The notes beneath the pieces were generated by a model. It saw only the letters and a program-made list of their open reading frames with translations, was not told the DNA's origin and did not search any database. DNA of 63,931 bases, the filler included, from Octopus bimaculoides (taxonomy: Eukaryota), in assembly GCF_001194135.2 (NCBI RefSeq). It is 5 parts of 4 records of this genome, joined end to end, with 100 filler letters (N's around TTAATTAATTAA, not from the genome) between each part and the next. Parts side by side here need not be neighbours in the genome. Positions count along the whole stretch, not along the records: positions 44,190 to 57,165 come from NC_068982.1; positions 57,266 to 61,628 come from NC_068982.1; positions 61,729 to 63,931 come from NC_068981.1; 2 more parts are not named here. The stretch is one strand, 5' to 3'. Shown here piece after piece: positions 52,031 to 63,931 of the stretch (within the stretch, counting starts at the first letter, position 1; each line of letters starts with the position of its first letter). A program made the position numbers and the translations under genes.

Positions 52031-52270
52031 ACGGAGGGGGTCTTTTTGACTTAATATGTTTACTTCTTTGCTTGTAATATAAAGGCCAAAACATGTCTTC
52101 AAATTGTCCATGCACTGCCACGTTGGCATTTATTTCTTCCTTCATTGCATTTTATATTTAACTAATTCTAATAAATATCTCACTTATCTTTCTTGACTAG
52201 AATCAGACATAAACGAAATACAGTTTCTTTCTTTCCGTGTAATTTTGATGAATTAATATTTCTTGATTTG

Positions 52271-52510
52271 GTGAAGGCACATGGCCTAGTGGTTAGGGTG
52301 TTGATATCCGAAACGAGCGGCGCGTTGTGTTTTTATTTTCATTTTTTTAGCAAAACGCTCAATTTCATTCAGCTGTAAATGAGTAACCCTGCGACGGAGT
52401 ACCCATTCGATCAGGAGGGGAGATATTGTCCTAGACAGTAGGGTGGCATCTGTTCGAAAGCTAAAACGATGTAATGGTGATGTATAGCTACATCCGATAG
52501 TCTTGTCGAT
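52271..52510 (+). mobile_element. tRNA-SINE family C-like, diverged
   Basis: gtgaaggcacatggcctagtggttagg...agcaaaac...ttcagctgtaaatgagtaaccctgcga. Confidence 0.65.
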
Positions 52511-52519
52511 CATGTGACT

Positions 52520-52760
52520 ACTTCTGAAGTGCGTCATAGCGGAGAATTACTCTCCTGATATTTGTTCCGTCCTATGTTTTCAGTTCAAATTCAGTTAAGG
52601 TCAATTTGCAGTTCGAGTTTCATCTTTCCGGATCGATAAATAGAGTACCAATGTAGGGTAGTAGACTGGCGGAAACGTTAGAGTGTCTAATGGAAAGTCT
52701 TTTGGTATTTGATTTGGCTCTTTGCGTTCTGAGTTCAAATCGCGCATGGGTGACTTGAGT
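52520..52760 (+). mobile_element. Two tandem old SINE family B fragments
   Basis: ttcagttcaaattc...ttcatctttccggatcgataaatagagtacca, then actggcggaaacgttag...gttctgagttcaaat. Confidence 0.55.
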
Positions 52761-53164
52761 GGTACATTTCATAATCCGTCATCTGATTTAAGACAACCAC
52801 CTCTTCTCTTAGTGCCATTAGCAGACTCCACTCTTTTGCAGGCATTCGGGTTATGTCTTCGGTTGTAGTACGTAACGACAAAAGGCTCGGACTATGATTG
52901 AGTTATAGGGTTCACCGCCTGCCTCTAGTAATGAGTGACCAATCGTTATATTTTCATTAATTCAGTCGTCTGTTTGGTTGTAAATAGGTACTTAGTTTTT
53001 GGTACTAATCAACATTATAAGTAATAAAATTCTATAGGTTTAGAAATGCTAATATTCTTACTTGAAAATATTGATTATATTGTAAATACATCGGAACTTC
53101 CCTGCTGAACCGTTTTGTGGTTTTTATTTTTTAATTTTTTGTCGTTTTACTGCGTAAGACTAAA

Positions 53165-53300
53165 TAATACCTTTATTACTTATTCAATTGATCTCTTTCG
53201 CCGAACCGCTAAGTTACGGGGACGTAAACAAACCAACACTCACCCAAGTGGGACTGAACCCAGAATCATGTGACTGGGAAGCAAATTTCTTACCACAAAG
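53165..53300 (-). mobile_element. SINE family A with a large internal deletion
   Basis: Tail (gccgaaccgctaagttacggggacgtaaac) joined to head (gtgggactgaacccagaatcatgtgactgggaagcaa). Confidence 0.7.
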
Positions 53301-53361
53301 CATATAATCAGACTGGGATGGACCCCCACCCTACAAAAAAAAAAAAATACAATTAGTTTTT

Positions 53362-53600
53362 GATTCTTATTTCTTTATTGCCCACAAGGGGCTAAACATA
53401 CAGGGGACAAACAAGGACAGACAAAAGGGTTAAGTCGATTACATCGACCCCAGTGCGTAACTGGTACTTAATTTATCGACCCCGAAAGAATGAAAAGCAA
53501 AGTTGACCTCGGCGGAATTTGAACTCAGAACGTAACGGCAAACAAAATACCGCAAAGCATTTCGTCCGGCGTGCTAACGTTTCTGCCAGCTCGCCGCCTT
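53362..53600 (-). mobile_element. Full tRNA-SINE family B, well conserved
   Basis: ttctttattgcccacaagggg...gaccccagtgcgtaactggtacttaatttatcgaccccgaaag...ttctgccagctcgccgcc. Confidence 0.9.
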
Positions 53601-56519
53601 AATTTTGTGGAGAAAAAGCATGAATCAAAAACTACAATTCGTTTTTGATTCATGATCCCTTGCAAACACTAGGCTACCTTTTATGGTTTGCTTACTTCAT
53701 AATAAGACTTCACGATTGCTAATATCTAGTTTGGATAAACTTGTATATCTTAAAGATAGCTTCAATGTTTTGAAGGAAACAATTTCTAAGCTTCCGAGTC
53801 CGTAGACTTCACAAAATTTATGGTACCACATTCCTTCATATGAATATTGTGTGAAGTAACTATGTCTAGAGTGTATAGTTTCTTCTCTAAGTATGCATAA
53901 GTAACTTGAGAAAAACATTTTTTCCTTTTTATCCGAGGTCGTCAGTTTAGAAATTGCAACAGTTCACTGGTACCCGTTTACACAACTTCATACCAAGTAC
54001 CAAAGCAAATTAGAGATAATTTAGAAAAAGTAAATGAGTTATTTATACATACGGAAGTTGCCACTGGATTTGCGGTGTATATATATATATATATNNNNNN
54101 NNNNNNNNNNNNNNNNNNNNNNNNNNNNNNNNNNNNNNNNNNNNNNNNNNNNNNNNNNNNNNNNNNNNNNNNNNNNNNNNNNNNNNNNNNNNNNNNNNNN
54201 NNNNNNNNNNNNNNNNNNNNNNNNNNNNNNNNNNNNNNNNNNNNNNNNNNNNNNNNNNNNNNNNNNNNNNNNNNNNNNNNNNNNNNNNNNNNNNNNNNNN
54301 NNNNNNNNNNNNNNNNNNNNNNNNNNNNNNNNNNNNNNNNNNNNNNNNNNNNNNNNNNNNNNNNNNNNNNNNNNNNNNNNNNNNNNNNNNNNNNNNNNNN
54401 NNNNNNNNNNNNNNNNNNNNNNNNNNNNNNNNNNNNNNNNNNNNNNNNNNNNNNNNNNNACCCCACCACCTATGACATCAACCACCACTCTCTCAAAGTA
54501 AAACATACGGTAAATCACTTTTGTACCATCCACCGTTCTCGGACCTTCTCCTTTACAACCAACAACGCACTCTCCATTTCTCTCGTCCACAGTGATCATT
54601 TTGTTATGCACTTCGCATTCTTCATCTTAACCTATTCACTTCTTTTTCACTTCTACCAATCAATACATTTCTTTACCGTACAGTCGAAGTAACTTAGACT
54701 GAAGCTTTAGACATTTTCACTCCTCACTACGACCAAACTTACTAAATAACAAAGTTTACAAAAATTTTTTAACTTAGTGTATCTCATCCATGTTTCTAAC
54801 GTATTAAAAAAAAAATTGGTCTCATATTCAAAAACACATATGAAAAAACAAACAACAACAAAACCCCCTGTATTCTTCCGAATATTGTGTATTAAAATGG
54901 TGCAACTGTTATTATATCGCTTCTAGGATTTAGTATAACAAGACGTATATTACATTTAAGGTGTCGCTCGGCGATTGAAATATAAAAAGTAAATTGATCA
55001 TTATAAAATAATGTTAACCTTCCCGCATATAAATGGGTTAACTGATTATCCTTTAAGACTTCGCCTAAGATCAAAAATCCAAACAATTAGGGGAATAACT
55101 CATCTCTGAGCAACCGTCGATAGGTCGGTGTTTCTCCTTGTTTATATAATTTATATTTAAAAGACTTTAAAAACTCTGGAGAACCATTTTGTTGCAGATA
55201 CATCATAAACGCTGATGGAAAGAGGCCCTAGGGATATATATGTATTGATTTTTTTCTGTAATTCATTCATTCTTTTTTGATATTACGTAATAAAATATCA
55301 ATTATATCCATGTATTAATCTTATATCAAAAGATACATTTACTTCTGCACTAATTTTTTTTTAGAACAGCCCAAATATTGCAATTTTGACCTAAATATGT
55401 TTCATTCTGTTTGAGTGTCCTAAAAATTTTAATAAAAATGAATAGTTCGGAATTATTCATCCATTAGTGTTGTTTTTAAAATAGCCATATAAGAAAATTC
55501 AACACGCCCTTTCTCTCATGGGGATTTAATCCAACATTATTTTTGACTTAGTTTAGATTATTCTTGTATAGAATTTATTAATTTTTAACGTATTTTATAT
55601 ATTTCTCATAAGTAAATTTAGATAAATGTAGAGAAAAAAAAGAAAAAAGAAAACATATCTGCTTTTGCATTATGTATATAGATACAACCAGCTTATACCT
55701 CTGTTTCTGTGGATAGTGCATGTTTTAGCATTCATGAGGTAGATTTCTTCTGCATTTAGGGTAATGACTTGTCTATAGAATAGACAATTATTCTAAATGC
55801 TAATTTCAGTACTACATCTACAATTGTATTGTATGATATTACCTAATCGTAAGCTTCAATCGCCATGCTTTTTAAGCCTAGTTTCTTATTCTTTGTACAC
55901 GGTACCTTCACTTATTACATTTTCGTAAATACTCAAGTATTTGTAGCCCTTGTTATATGAAACAGATACAATAAAAAAAAAACCCATTGCTATGAAGAAT
56001 TTTGATTTAGGAAGTATATTTTTTTTACTCGTCCAACTAACAAATATGAACATTTCTTTTGGTCAAATTCCACCTCTATATCAGATGAAAATGTTAAATC
56101 CCATTGCTTTAAAACATTTCTACAATAGCTATTTTGATCGTCTACAAGGAAATTATGGTTTACTATAGTGTCTTTTGTTGCTGTAGATTCTAGTATATAA
56201 TCACTGGATTTTTGTCAGATAAATTCCAGAGAATTTTGTGCAAAATAAATAGAAGCGCAAGTTAACTGTCATTTTGGAATTTTCGCTTCGAAAGATAACT
56301 TCGGAAACATTTATTCTGCTTTGAGTTGCAAGTTTGCATGGAAGCAACTAAAGCAGAAGAGGCGGGTAGTTATTCCAGCAATGGAATAACTGCCTTTTTG
56401 TAATCAACCCATATTGTTGCAAGGTCTCTTTTTTCTTTCTTTTTTATTCCATGCTTTATTAATCGTAATTTGATGTTAATGGTCTTGGAGGAATTGATTG
56501 AAAGTTTATATATAATAAA

Positions 56520-57010
56520 TGGATTTAAATTTTATACATAATGTTTAAGAAAGTAATAGGCTTATAGTTTTCTGCCAAGTCTGTGTTTTCATTCTTGGCA
56601 ACAAGATTTGTGCGTGCTATGACACGCCAATTTTGCATGTCAGTATGACCTACCATAGTTCTTTTAAATATGCATGTTAATGGCGTTAAGTAGAATGTCA
56701 ACATCATGTACTGTAAGATCACTGTTTAAGTGAAGCTTTCCCACACCTTTAGAGAAAATTTCAAAATTGATTGCGTAAGGTTTACTTGTAATTCAAACAA
56801 TATTCCTTCTTGACATGAAAAAAGTGCCTAAGCACGGAAAAAATCTTGTAACCAAGAATAAACACACTGGTTTGGCAGAAAACTAGCATCAATATTGGTA
56901 CTGTAAATGCATTGCGGGATATCGTCTTGTTGTAAACTTCGGCTGCCATATTTTTTTAAACTCTCGTATAATAAGCTTTCAGTCACATAATGTTTGTGCA
57001 CAGCATCTTT
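56520..57010 (-). mobile_element. Decayed R4/Dong-like non-LTR fragment, RT N-terminal region
   Basis: W...RTNLVAKNENTDLAENYKPITFLNIMYKI (NYRPITCL..YK motif). Clade assignment is inference. Confidence 0.6.
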
Positions 57011-57165
57011 GTATTGGCACATTTTCGCTAATACCTACGGATTCGAAGCACTCGTTGAAGGAAAAGTCTGCACATAGAAAGGCCATTAGTATAAAGGTTT
57101 CTTTTCTTTTTTTTTTTTGAGAAGCAATATGTATGTATATATGCATGCATTTACACACACACACA

Positions 57166-57265
57166 NNNNNNNNNNNNNNNNNNNNNNNNNNNNNNNNNNN
57201 NNNNNNNNNTTAATTAATTAANNNNNNNNNNNNNNNNNNNNNNNNNNNNNNNNNNNNNNNNNNNN
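57166..57265. other. Artificial scaffold linker 44N-TTAATTAATTAA-44N
   Basis: Identical 100-bp construct. Confidence 0.95.
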
Positions 57266-58669
57266 GCCTGTGTTACATGCAATTGAAGAATTAGACGCTT
57301 CTGTTATATTCTCTCTAATGAACTGGAATACCTATGATTCGAATTTCAATGAAATTGCAGATGAGGAGGTCTTTCCCTTTTTACGCACCCTAAAAAATTA
57401 TAATCATGACAGCGGTATCCCTTACTACTGATCACTATGCGCAGATTCCAAAATTCCAGTCTTATGGAACCTATTAAACAGATTTTCCTGCTAAAAAATG
57501 GAGGTCATGGAGCTCTAAAATGTGGAAGTTAAGGCCCCTATTGTGGGGGTGTCTTAATGTCAACCAGAGAAGTTGAATTGTTGAGAATCTTTTTAACTTG
57601 GGTCTTACATCTATTGTTCGAATTTCTTTGAAATAGGAAATATGTGTATGTTCAATGCATTTGTAAAAGAGAGCAAAGCTACAGAAAACCAAATGACGAA
57701 TGATCACTATAAGCAGCTAGATTTCCCACCCTAGACGTTACCATTCCGCAATGTAGGATTCCTCACCATACAGGTGACAGTCACAGCCGTAAGATGCATT
57801 ACGGGTCTATAGCAATTGGAAGGGCGTGACCCAACTCAAATAAACATTAACAGCGGTGTGACGCGATGGCTAAGGGGAAATGAATGTGTCACCTCTGGAA
57901 TTTGCAAATGACCTCTATACCGATAGGTAACTGGACTGGATAAATTTACAATCTATAAATGTCTTTGAATAACCAGTCACTCATCTGGGAAGGCCTTGAA
58001 ATAAATGTTACCATCCGGGGACTATGTGTGACCCAGTGATAATAAAAAAGACTCAAAGGAGGTCTGCATCAAAATAACTTTACTTAACACTTTGCAACTG
58101 AATCAGTGTAGGCAAAGATGCCTCTAATTTACTAGACAATTTATGTACCACATTGCAGAAATCACAATCTAAGCATATCTCAAAGCAAACTCTTACACTG
58201 TTGTACCGTTGAATTACAAATAATGCTCATCTTTTATACTCAGGTGACCCTACAGCTTCCAAGCGTGCAACTGTATTCGTCTTTGCTTAGATAAAATGAC
58301 TACATTATGGGTGTTAAGTCCCTATGAATGGGTCTTTCTAACTTCTAAGAAGATGAAATTTTAGAAATTTTACTTCATTTGTGTCTAACATCTATGGTTA
58401 AAATTTCATCAACATCAAAAATATATGAATTTTCATGGGGGCTATGGCCCTTATGCATAGAATATAATTTCAAATTTCATAAAGATCCATTCAGTATTTG
58501 GCCCTAGTTTGGAATCATAAAAAGAAATAAAGTTTGGAAACAAATTAGGAAAAATCGTGATAAGTTTCTTAATCAACGTCTCTTTGTTTACCGCACACAC
58601 AATGACGCATTATCTGCGTTGCATATTATTGTCGCTATGCTGTGGTAGTTTTGGAACATATTCTTTACT

Positions 58670-59070
58670 CTTTTTACTCTTTTACTTCTCTCAGTCATTT
58701 GAGAGTGGCCATGCTGGAGCACCGCCTTTAGTCGAGCGAATCGACCCTAGGACTTATTCTTTGTAAGCCTAATACTTATTCTATCGATCTCTTTTGCCGA
58801 ACCGCTATGTTCGGGGACGTAAACACACCAGCATTGGTTGTCAAGTGATGTTGGGGGAAAAACCACAGACACACAAACACATACACACACACATATATAT
58901 ATATTTACATATATACGACGGGCTTCTTTCACTTTCCGTCTACCAAATCCACTCACAAGTTTTTGGGCGGCCCGAGGCTATAGTAGAAGACACTTGCCCA
59001 AGGTGCCACGCAGTGGGACTGACCCGGATCCATGTGGTTCCTAATCAAGTTACTTACCACACAGCCACTT
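58670..59070 (-). mobile_element. Full tRNA-SINE family A
   Basis: Matches 28930-29337 along its length. Confidence 0.9.
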
Positions 59071-59991
59071 TAAAAAAATTGCTTTACTTAGATTACTTCA
59101 GTAGTCTGAGTCTATTGTAAATTTTAAATAGCTCCCATAATGATCGTAAATTAGCCTCTCGTCGTGTCAGTCTTTGGCCAGTAAGATTTCATATGACAAA
59201 AAACCTTGTGTTGCAAGGTTACCTTTTAGCAGAATATTCCGCGATTGCTTAGAGAAATTTAAAGTTTAGACTGGAAAAAATGAACGACACAATTTCCATC
59301 AACTTTTAAAGTGAACGTACTTTAATTCTAGTATATCTGTTGCTTGCTGCTAAGACCTTCTCTTTCTAATATCGAAGAATCAAATTACTGAAGAGATATC
59401 CATTTCACTCGTATTCCATAACTTAGCGATAATTCAATACCGAATATGAGAGGTAAATCAAATATTTATAGTATTTAGTCTATCCCGCAGGAAATGCAGT
59501 TGATATGGGACATGTGATTCACACATAGACTAATATAATCATCCGCGTTTTACCCAAAAGTAATCTGAGAACACGGAGTTATTGAAAGGAGCCCAATTAC
59601 AAATATATCAGATGGCATCTTCATGAAGCAGTTAGTCTCACTGCAACAGCAGGGAAGAAAACAACAAAGGTTTGAAATAAGAACACAAGGGTACCGAGAG
59701 AAGTTTTCAAGATCGGAATATGGGAAACAATAAAAATATAAAAGAAAAAGAAAAAGGCCCAGGCAATTATTAGCTACGCAATATCAACCATACGTAATCT
59801 GCAGATCTCTGGCAAAGAATGTGCTAAGACATTTGGTCGACAGTTCTAAGAATGAGCAAAATATCGTTGGTCATGCTTCTTCATAAAATAGAAGACAAAA
59901 AAAGATATTCCGACAAGATATAGTCAATAACAAGAAACGCCACGAAAGATAACATGTCGTAGAGAATTTACATATGTACACATCCACACCA

Positions 59992-59992
<1 letters not shown>

Positions 59993-60055
<63 letters not shown>
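59993..60055. repeat. (TATC)n microsatellite
   Basis: Direct reading. Confidence 0.95.
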
Positions 60056-61028
60056 GTATTTCTTTCTTTCTGTCTGTCTATCTATCTACATATACATATA
60101 CATATATACTATACCTATACATACATAAAACTATATACATATCTATATGCATTATGTAGGTAATGTGTACCTACGCAAATATGCGTGGTTTTTTTTATTT
60201 TAAAGTAGAGAAGTCTAATTTTTTGCATCGCTACACAGTGCGAAGACAATTTTCGTCAATGTGATGTATAATGCATATTTTATTGAATTATCCCCAAATC
60301 TTTGTTTTCTTTTTTTGTAATTTCTACTTATTCCGTTGCCCCAACTATAAATATGTAGATAGGTTGTTCACTTCATTTATTATCTCATCTACTTTTGCAT
60401 TTCTTTTATTTGAAATGTGTTGCATAGCAAAATATTACTTTTTTTTACGAAAATCAGAACATATTATATTACATATATTATGGAGAATATGATAACAAAT
60501 AAAAAAATAAAAACAGAAGAAGAAAAAAAAATCGGCTTGTTTAGAAAATAGCCTGATAGTATTTAAGTGTGCCTCTTCTTTAGAATACGAACACGGATTG
60601 CTTTGGTTGATTATACAAAAGATTCAGCGCTCTGTGACCTCAAAGTGGGTATCGGTCGAGTTACTAATTTAGAGAATCGTTATACGGAAATGCATCGGTT
60701 CTTTTCCCAACTTTGCAAGTTTATTCATTTCTTCACTTGCTTCTTCAATATATGAAGACGTCGCGTGTCCAAGTGTTTGGGATGCTGGGCTCACGATCAT
60801 AAAGTTTCGGTTACGGTCATTGGACCTTTCTGTATGTAGCCTACCTGAGCTGAATATAATTATCTCCTGACAGCTGCATATAATTCTGTTCTGGTTATTG
60901 CATCTTCAATTCCTGTTGAAAAAAATTCTAATTGCTGTCCAGTCACACTCGCTCGCAAATGATTGAATGCAGATGGATGGCCCACAGTCATGCACAAAAA
61001 CATTTGACATTTTATTTATATTATGCTA

Positions 61029-61147
<119 letters not shown>

Positions 61148-61174
61148 TTATCCGGCATGGATTACAATTCAGGG

Positions 61175-61350
61175 ATCATTCTTAACTAATTTTCCATTCT
61201 GTTTTTGATCATTCCAATTGCTCCTACAATCACTGGTATTGTAACCGACTTGAGATGCCATTCTTGCTCACGCTACTGTGTGGCATTATTAAATATTGTT
61301 TAGTTTCGACCTTTGTCTTGTACTTGAGATGATCATAAATATCTGATGGT
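61175..61350 (-). mobile_element. R4/Dong-like restriction-like endonuclease C-terminal fragment
   Basis: Minus translation ...EQEWHLKSVTIPVIVGAIGMIKNRMEN*LRMIP (W..K..TIPV.VGALG motif). Confidence 0.65.
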
Positions 61351-61628
61351 TGAAGGGGATAGTATGAGAACGAGAAACAGCTTGGTGAATAGGCCAAATT
61401 CTACAGGTCTGTAAAGACGTTCAGCAGATGGTGGGAATGAGATCAACAATGAGGCTTCGCATTCCTGTGCGACCAGGAGTCAAAAAAAGCTTCAGTCTAT
61501 TGCGTTCAGCAGAGGTCAAAAATGTTTATTACAACTTTCGATAAATGAGAGCGCTGACTTTTGCCCTCAAAGAACCAATTCACCTAGATCGGTTCCTAAT
61601 TACTCATAGAAAAAGAAATCAATTATAT

Positions 61629-61728
61629 NNNNNNNNNNNNNNNNNNNNNNNNNNNNNNNNNNNNNNNNNNNNTTAATTAATTAANNNNNNNNNNNNNNNN
61701 NNNNNNNNNNNNNNNNNNNNNNNNNNNN
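61629..61728. other. Artificial scaffold linker 44N-TTAATTAATTAA-44N
   Basis: Identical 100-bp construct. Confidence 0.95.
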
Positions 61729-63764
61729 TATATATATATATGTATGTATATATATATATATAACGAAAACAAGAGGTATAAAAATAAAATGGTCTCCTTG
61801 TCGCACCTCAGTACTTGATCGAACTGGGACAGGGTTTGGCAAATCAAGATGGTTACATTAAACTGGTGCTATTGTGAGCTACAACTCTTACTTGACTTTT
61901 AAAACAACGAAATCAAGTCTAACCGAAATATCTGTAGACTCTCAATAATGATTGAAATTTAAAAGGGAAAGGAGCAACATGGATAAGATCCAAGAGAAAT
62001 GTGCGGAACACTGGAAACGATGGTCCATAAATAGTTTTAGTTTTCGTTGAGTTAGCGAAGACATTAGGCCCGTGTAAACGTATGACAAATGCCCAGACGG
62101 TTTGGCTGCCTGGGAAAGTTCATTGGTATCCCAGAGTTACCAGTTCGCGAACAAATAGTAATAAAGTAACAGCCTGTTAGTACAATGAAATAGAGGTGGA
62201 ACTCCGAGTACAGTAGTAGTCTGTGTCATTTGAGCAATAAATCTATTCATTTCGATGTTGATTTTATATAACTATTTAATTCTAAACTTTTTGTTATTCA
62301 ATTTTAGTTTGAAAAACTCTCGCAAAAATAATGCCTGACTAACAGTCAGATGATAACGATTTCAGAATGAATGAAGCTCGCATAATTATGTCACAAGTGT
62401 AACCAGGCATGATATCACTGTGATAAACCTTTTATATACCACTTTGTATCCAGATTGTACTACCCAGTGCAGTAGAATTGTCGAACAATGTACAGCCTAC
62501 GAAATAATTAAAATGATTTCGAAATGGTATATATTTCTAACTTTGTAATTTCCTCTCTGTGTTTTGGCCTTCGTGAACCTTAGTAGGATGTTGTACGTAT
62601 AAGTGAATATTTTGCCTGAACCTAGTTGAGTCCATCTCCAGGGTTACCTGTCTTTGACGGAGTATTTAACAGTGGAACATCAACCGAATAAGTATTATGG
62701 GCCATTAACGTTCCAATATATGTTTTTGAACTCCTATATCAGCTTTATATATTTAAATATTTACAAGAAACTTGGAGACGCCTCAGGCCAAATCTTTACG
62801 ACATTATCTCTTTTTCATATTTCCCAAAGGTCAACTAAAACGAAAACAATGAAAAAAAGTATTTTACGCAAATATAAAATGTTTTCTGACAGAGGTAGAC
62901 ATACTAAAACACATTAAAAACCACAAAGTAGATCAAATTTGGAAAATGTACAAGAAATTACCATTTAATATAAACGTTAGGAAGATTTTCTTGTGCTTTA
63001 AACATTAAGTTCTTGTCAATTCGAGATTGCATTATTTGTACTCAAATTAGGTCATTTCAATTGATTTAACCTTTTAGTTTTATGTTTAAAATAAGTGAAA
63101 CATCTTTTATTATGGAAAGAAGATTGGAATTTTTGCATGGAAACAGTCTGGTTTGATGACTGGGGACTTGTATAAATACTGATGTATAACTAAACCAGCT
63201 CAGGTATAAATATGTGTGTGTGTGTGTGTGTGTGTGTGTCGATGTTACTAAACAATAATGTGAATATAAGATGTGTAGAGGGCAATGTTGGAGGCTAAAA
63301 ACTTATAGGGATTTAAAATTACTTTCGATTCGCTACGTCTAGTAAAAAATAACCTGCACTTAACTATGTGTTTGACATGCAGAAAGCACTCTTGGTATAT
63401 TTTCCAAAGTCAGTATTTTAGATTGCTTAACCAGTGAAATTTCTCTATAACGACACATGTCTTCTAAATTGCTATGTGAATCGGTAGATTGTTATTAACA
63501 CATACTGGAAGTCGTCACAGTAGTTACTAAAGATCGGACCACACCCAACTGCATGGTTTCATTTAATTTACGAATGATTAACATTTTGGAAGTTCTCTCC
63601 CTTGCCCCTTGTGAAATTGATTTTCGTTAGCATTGATGAAATTTCGTCTCATTACTGTTAATAAATTGAACCAATAAAAAAAATCATTTCTGTTTCAGTA
63701 CTTAAAATATAATAACCTCTCTCGCTTTCTCCCTCTCTTTGTACACACGCATACATATGTATAT

Positions 63765-63843
<79 letters not shown>

Positions 63844-63845
63844 CT
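63765..63845. repeat. (TATC)n microsatellite
   Basis: Direct reading. Confidence 0.95.
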
Positions 63846-63931
63846 ATGGACAGACGGTAGACGTGTCGGCTCCGTAAGTTTTGACTTTTTCATGTTTTAA
63901 AAAGTTTGTTTGTAAAGTTTATTTTATATAG

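Noticed and set aside
53707-53860. Peptide LLISSLDKLV...PSYEY reminiscent of Polinton DNA polymerase B
   Set aside because: Only short motifs, in the wrong order and spacing, with stops; likely chance
59570-59950. Possible LINE endonuclease N-terminus (FKIGIW...)
   Set aside because: Single weak motif and no sustained alignment by eye
60590-60720. Possible RT motif (LVDYTK...GIG)
   Set aside because: Too degenerate to distinguish from chance

Overview
AT-rich, microsatellite-saturated eukaryotic DNA with about 5.4 kb of N gaps. The repeat families resemble those of octopus/cephalopod genomes (inference from SINE style; no database search was possible). I found no intact host protein-coding gene. 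Nearly all ORF-track entries are microsatellite or gap read-throughs, or retroelement fragments. Supported content: (1) a complete but decayed Ty3/Gypsy LTR retrotransposon (17550-22128, minus; matching LTRs, 5-bp TSD, PBS, PPT, RT-RH-INT) with a nested SINE; (2) a 5'-truncated Penelope-like element (RT + GIY-YIG, about 6598-8200); (3) decayed RTE, CR1-like and R4/Dong-like LINE fragments; (4) about 25 tRNA-derived SINE copies or fragments in three families; (5) a Helentron-associated (HINE-like) element and a Tigger/pogo-like MITE; (6) four artificial 44N-TTAATTAATTAA-44N scaffold linkers. The most interesting signal is a dispersed set of short repeats carrying hammerhead-ribozyme (HHR) cores of the minimal type known from Penelope-like elements. 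One sits behind a tRNA-like Pol III head (85-372), one is folded back on its own inverted copy (11334-11466), and one is at 35503-35540. Several long palindromes also lie just downstream of the Penelope copy. These may be non-autonomous, retrozyme-like Penelope parasites, but that is inference and untested.
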